Origin: Felis catus
Taxonomy: Eukaryota
Length of the DNA stretch: 64,000 nt
Reading direction: 5' to 3'
Assembly: GCF_018350175.1 (NCBI RefSeq)
Contig: NC_058382.1
Coordinates: 59,398,001-59,462,000 of the forward strand
In this document: positions 61,270 to 64,000 of the stretch, in pieces
How positions within the stretch are numbered: position 1 is the first letter of the stretch
How the letters are laid out: every line of letters starts with the position of its first letter
Made by a program: the position numbers and the translations under genes
The notes under the pieces: model-generated
What the model saw: only the letters and a program-made list of their open reading frames with translations
Database searches by the model: none
Told to the model about the DNA's origin: nothing

Positions 61270-61560
61270 AAAGGTAAAATGAAGCCTGTTTACCATTCTA
61301 AAGCATACGCTTCGGTGGCACCGGGGGCATTCGCGATGCTGCGTAACCATCACCTGGACCTACTTCCCGAGCTTCCCCCTTCCCCCTGAAAGGAAACCCC
61401 AGGCCGTGAGCTGTCACTCCTGTTCTCCCCTCCCAGCCCCCCACCCCCCAGCTCTGCTCTCTGGCTCTGCGGGCTCCCTGTTCCGGACATTGCATATACA
61501 CGGAAGCACACACTACGTGGCCCTTTGTGCCTAGCTGCTTTCGCCCGTTACCTTTCACAC
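61270..61560 (-). mobile_element. L1MB-like 3' end, antisense
   Basis: TTTACCATTCTAAAGCATAC...GGCATTCGCGATGCTGCGTAACCATCAC...CCTGTTCCGGACATTGCATATA. Confidence 0.55.
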
Positions 61561-62519
61561 TGAAGTGAGTGTATCTTAAAAGGAAGCTCTGTATTCTTAT
61601 CCCCAGTGGCAGGCCTGCATCACTGGCCGTAAACAGAAAACGATCGTGAAACATACGCCGAAAACAAGCTCCCGTGGCCACACTGCTCCGTGCAGCAACA
61701 CCAGCAGAGCCTCTCCCTCGAGCCGAGCACTGCACCGACTCTCTGGGGGCAGCTGCGACTGACGCCCACCAGGGGCTCCTGAGGACATTTTTGAGTTTCT
61801 TGAATTTTCCTCCAGGTGACAGGTGGCAGGGTCTGCCCCCCACCCAACCCCTGGGTTGAGGGATATCTCCTGAGGCGGGGGGGGGGGGGGTCAATCCTGC
61901 CCACCCCTCCGGGCCACACCTTTGGAGGAGTCCCCGAGGCAGGGTGTGAGGTTGTGTGGGGTCCTGACGAGGGACGCAGCAGGCATGCATGGGAAGTGTC
62001 CACCCAAATCAGAAGTGTGCCCGTGGGACAGAGCACAGTGCCCTCAAAGGGTCTGCTGCCAGGAAATATTTTTAGAGCTGCATGTGAAGTCCCGCCCCTC
62101 CTACTGTACAGCCACATGATACTCCACCGTGTGACAGAACCATCAATGACCCAACACGTGTCCCATTGACAGATATCTATCACGTTTCCATTTGCTTGCT
62201 ACTATAAATGCTAAAATTGACATCTTTGTAATCATCCCATCTATGTGTGAGTATGCTGTTAAGATAAATTTCTAGGACCTGAATTGCTGGATTGAGGGAC
62301 ATGTGTGTTTTACATTTCAATTGGTATTTGCAAAGCGCTTTGTGAGACAAGGTCTCAATTCACCCTCTAAGCAGCAGTGTATGAAAATGTCCACTTTCGC
62401 ACCTGATCACCACTATGGGGAGGGTTCTGATTTCTGGACCGATTTCTGGATCTTGACTAAGCTGATAGGTGAGAGTTGCCTACACCTCACTGTGGTTTTA
62501 ATTTGCCTGTGAGACAAGT

Positions 62520-62630
62520 AGCCCTGTTTCTATTTTACAGATGAGGAAACAGACTCAAAGGGGTTAGGTCACTTGCAAGGTTACACAGCAAGTAAGTGCA
62601 AAACCAGAATTTGGACTCTGTTTCCTGGGC
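62520..62630 (-). mobile_element. MIR fragment
   Basis: ATTTTACAGATGAGGAAACAGACTCAAAGGGGTTAGGTCACTTGCAAGGTTACACAGC. Confidence 0.75.
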
Positions 62631-64000
62631 CCGCCCCCCTACTCTCCTGCCACCTCTCATAGCTGTGACAGGTTCTGTCCCTTGCACATGGGGCTTGTTC
62701 ACAAACAGAACGGAAGCCCCTACTTGGCAGGTTCTCTATCCCTTCCATATGCTGCACTGGGCCTGGCTCAATGCGCGGGACAAGCACACCCCCTAAGCAT
62801 ATCTGCTGGATCCGGTCTCACACCTGCACACCCACGGTGCAGCCTGGCAGCCGGGAAGCCACACAAGAAAAAGGGAAACCATGGGGACAACACCTCCAAA
62901 GCGTGGCCAAGGGGATACCTCTGAGACCTCCTGGTTATTGAGCAGGGTGGGTCCAGCTTGGCTGAAGGATGCTCCCAGGCATCCCCAGGGAAGGGACGGC
63001 CAGGGATGCGGGTATGAATGCCCACATGCACAGAACTGGGAACAACAACCAGAAGTACCTTCCACTGGCTGCATGCCCAGGGCTGCTGGGTTTCATATCC
63101 CGCGGGTTCTGCCAAAGCGAGACTGGATTTCTTTCAGGGTGTCAGGTGCCTATGACAACTGACGTATGTAAGTGCCAGTAGAGCCCCCGTGATCCAAGAG
63201 CTCCACAGCCCCAAGGGCACAGAGGAGGGCAGGGAGAGCCGTCACTGCACCGCACGTTTGAAGGGCTCCTCGCAAATCCTTCTCCAGCACTCACACTTTT
63301 CCATTTTGTGCTTTACGGCCACTTTCACAGGTGAGTGTTACAGATGAGAAAATAGAGTTTCAAAGTGACGCTAGTTTGCCTGAGGTCCCACGGCTGCTAC
63401 TGGCAGTACGGAAGTGGCTCTGAACGGAGTCAGTGCTCAACAAATGCTCCCAAAAGGCCCCCTTCCCAAACCCCACCCCCGGGGACTCGGGGTCCCCCAG
63501 GCCTTGCGCTTCAGTGATGGCCCCAGGGCCTGACCCCCATTTCCACTAAACCTCCTCCGGCCACTTCTCATGCTGGAGAGAACATCTCTCATGTCCCGGA
63601 ATGCAATTTGGCGGCAGGGGGCTCGGAGGCTGCCAGGACCTCCCCCAGCACCCCTACCCGCTCCCAGCACGGAGGTCTGACCCACACCACGGGGCCGGGC
63701 GTTGGCGGGCAGGCGGGACTGCACACACTTCCTCCCCTCCTGGGCTCAGCAGGGGCTGGGTGTGGGCCTGACAGCATGGATTCTGAGAGACACTCCATCG
63801 GCCCCAGCCCTGACCGCAGGCACGGCTGGGTGGGTCTGGGATGAGGGGCCACAGCACCAAGCCTAGGCCCCACGTGGTCTCACCCCTGCGTGACCTCACA
63901 CATCACTGTGAATGTCTGTGCTGGGCTCCAACCACCCCCTTCACAGTCTCAGCGGCAGGCCGCACTTTGAATCTACGTGTGGGAGGCGTGGACAGAGAGG

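Overview
This is mammalian nuclear DNA, almost certainly felid (cat-like), judged from 14 tRNA-derived carnivore Can-SINEs, including young feline-type copies with intact target-site duplications (TSDs). It is GC/CpG-rich and non-coding. I find no supportable protein-coding exon, tRNA/rRNA gene or CRISPR array. The long ORFs in the track come from simple repeats, minisatellites, SINEs or GC-rich chance. The window is a mosaic of Can-SINEs, old L1/L2/MIR fragments, MaLR (MLT1) LTRs, hAT MITEs, two large minisatellites and several short unique AT-rich islands dense in homeodomain/TCF motifs (candidate developmental enhancers). 13 of 14 SINEs and most L1 pieces lie on +, which suggests a large intron of an unidentified minus-strand gene. 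Best second-look items: a ~64-nt hairpin at 60.7 kb that pairs better on the minus strand (G-U wobbles), a hairpin-unit minisatellite born inside an MLT1 LTR, a snap-back templated insertion inside an L1, and repeated SINE insertion into the same target sites. I see no convincing novel multi-gene system. Repeat subfamily names are recalled from consensus sequences, and boundaries of old repeats are approximate.
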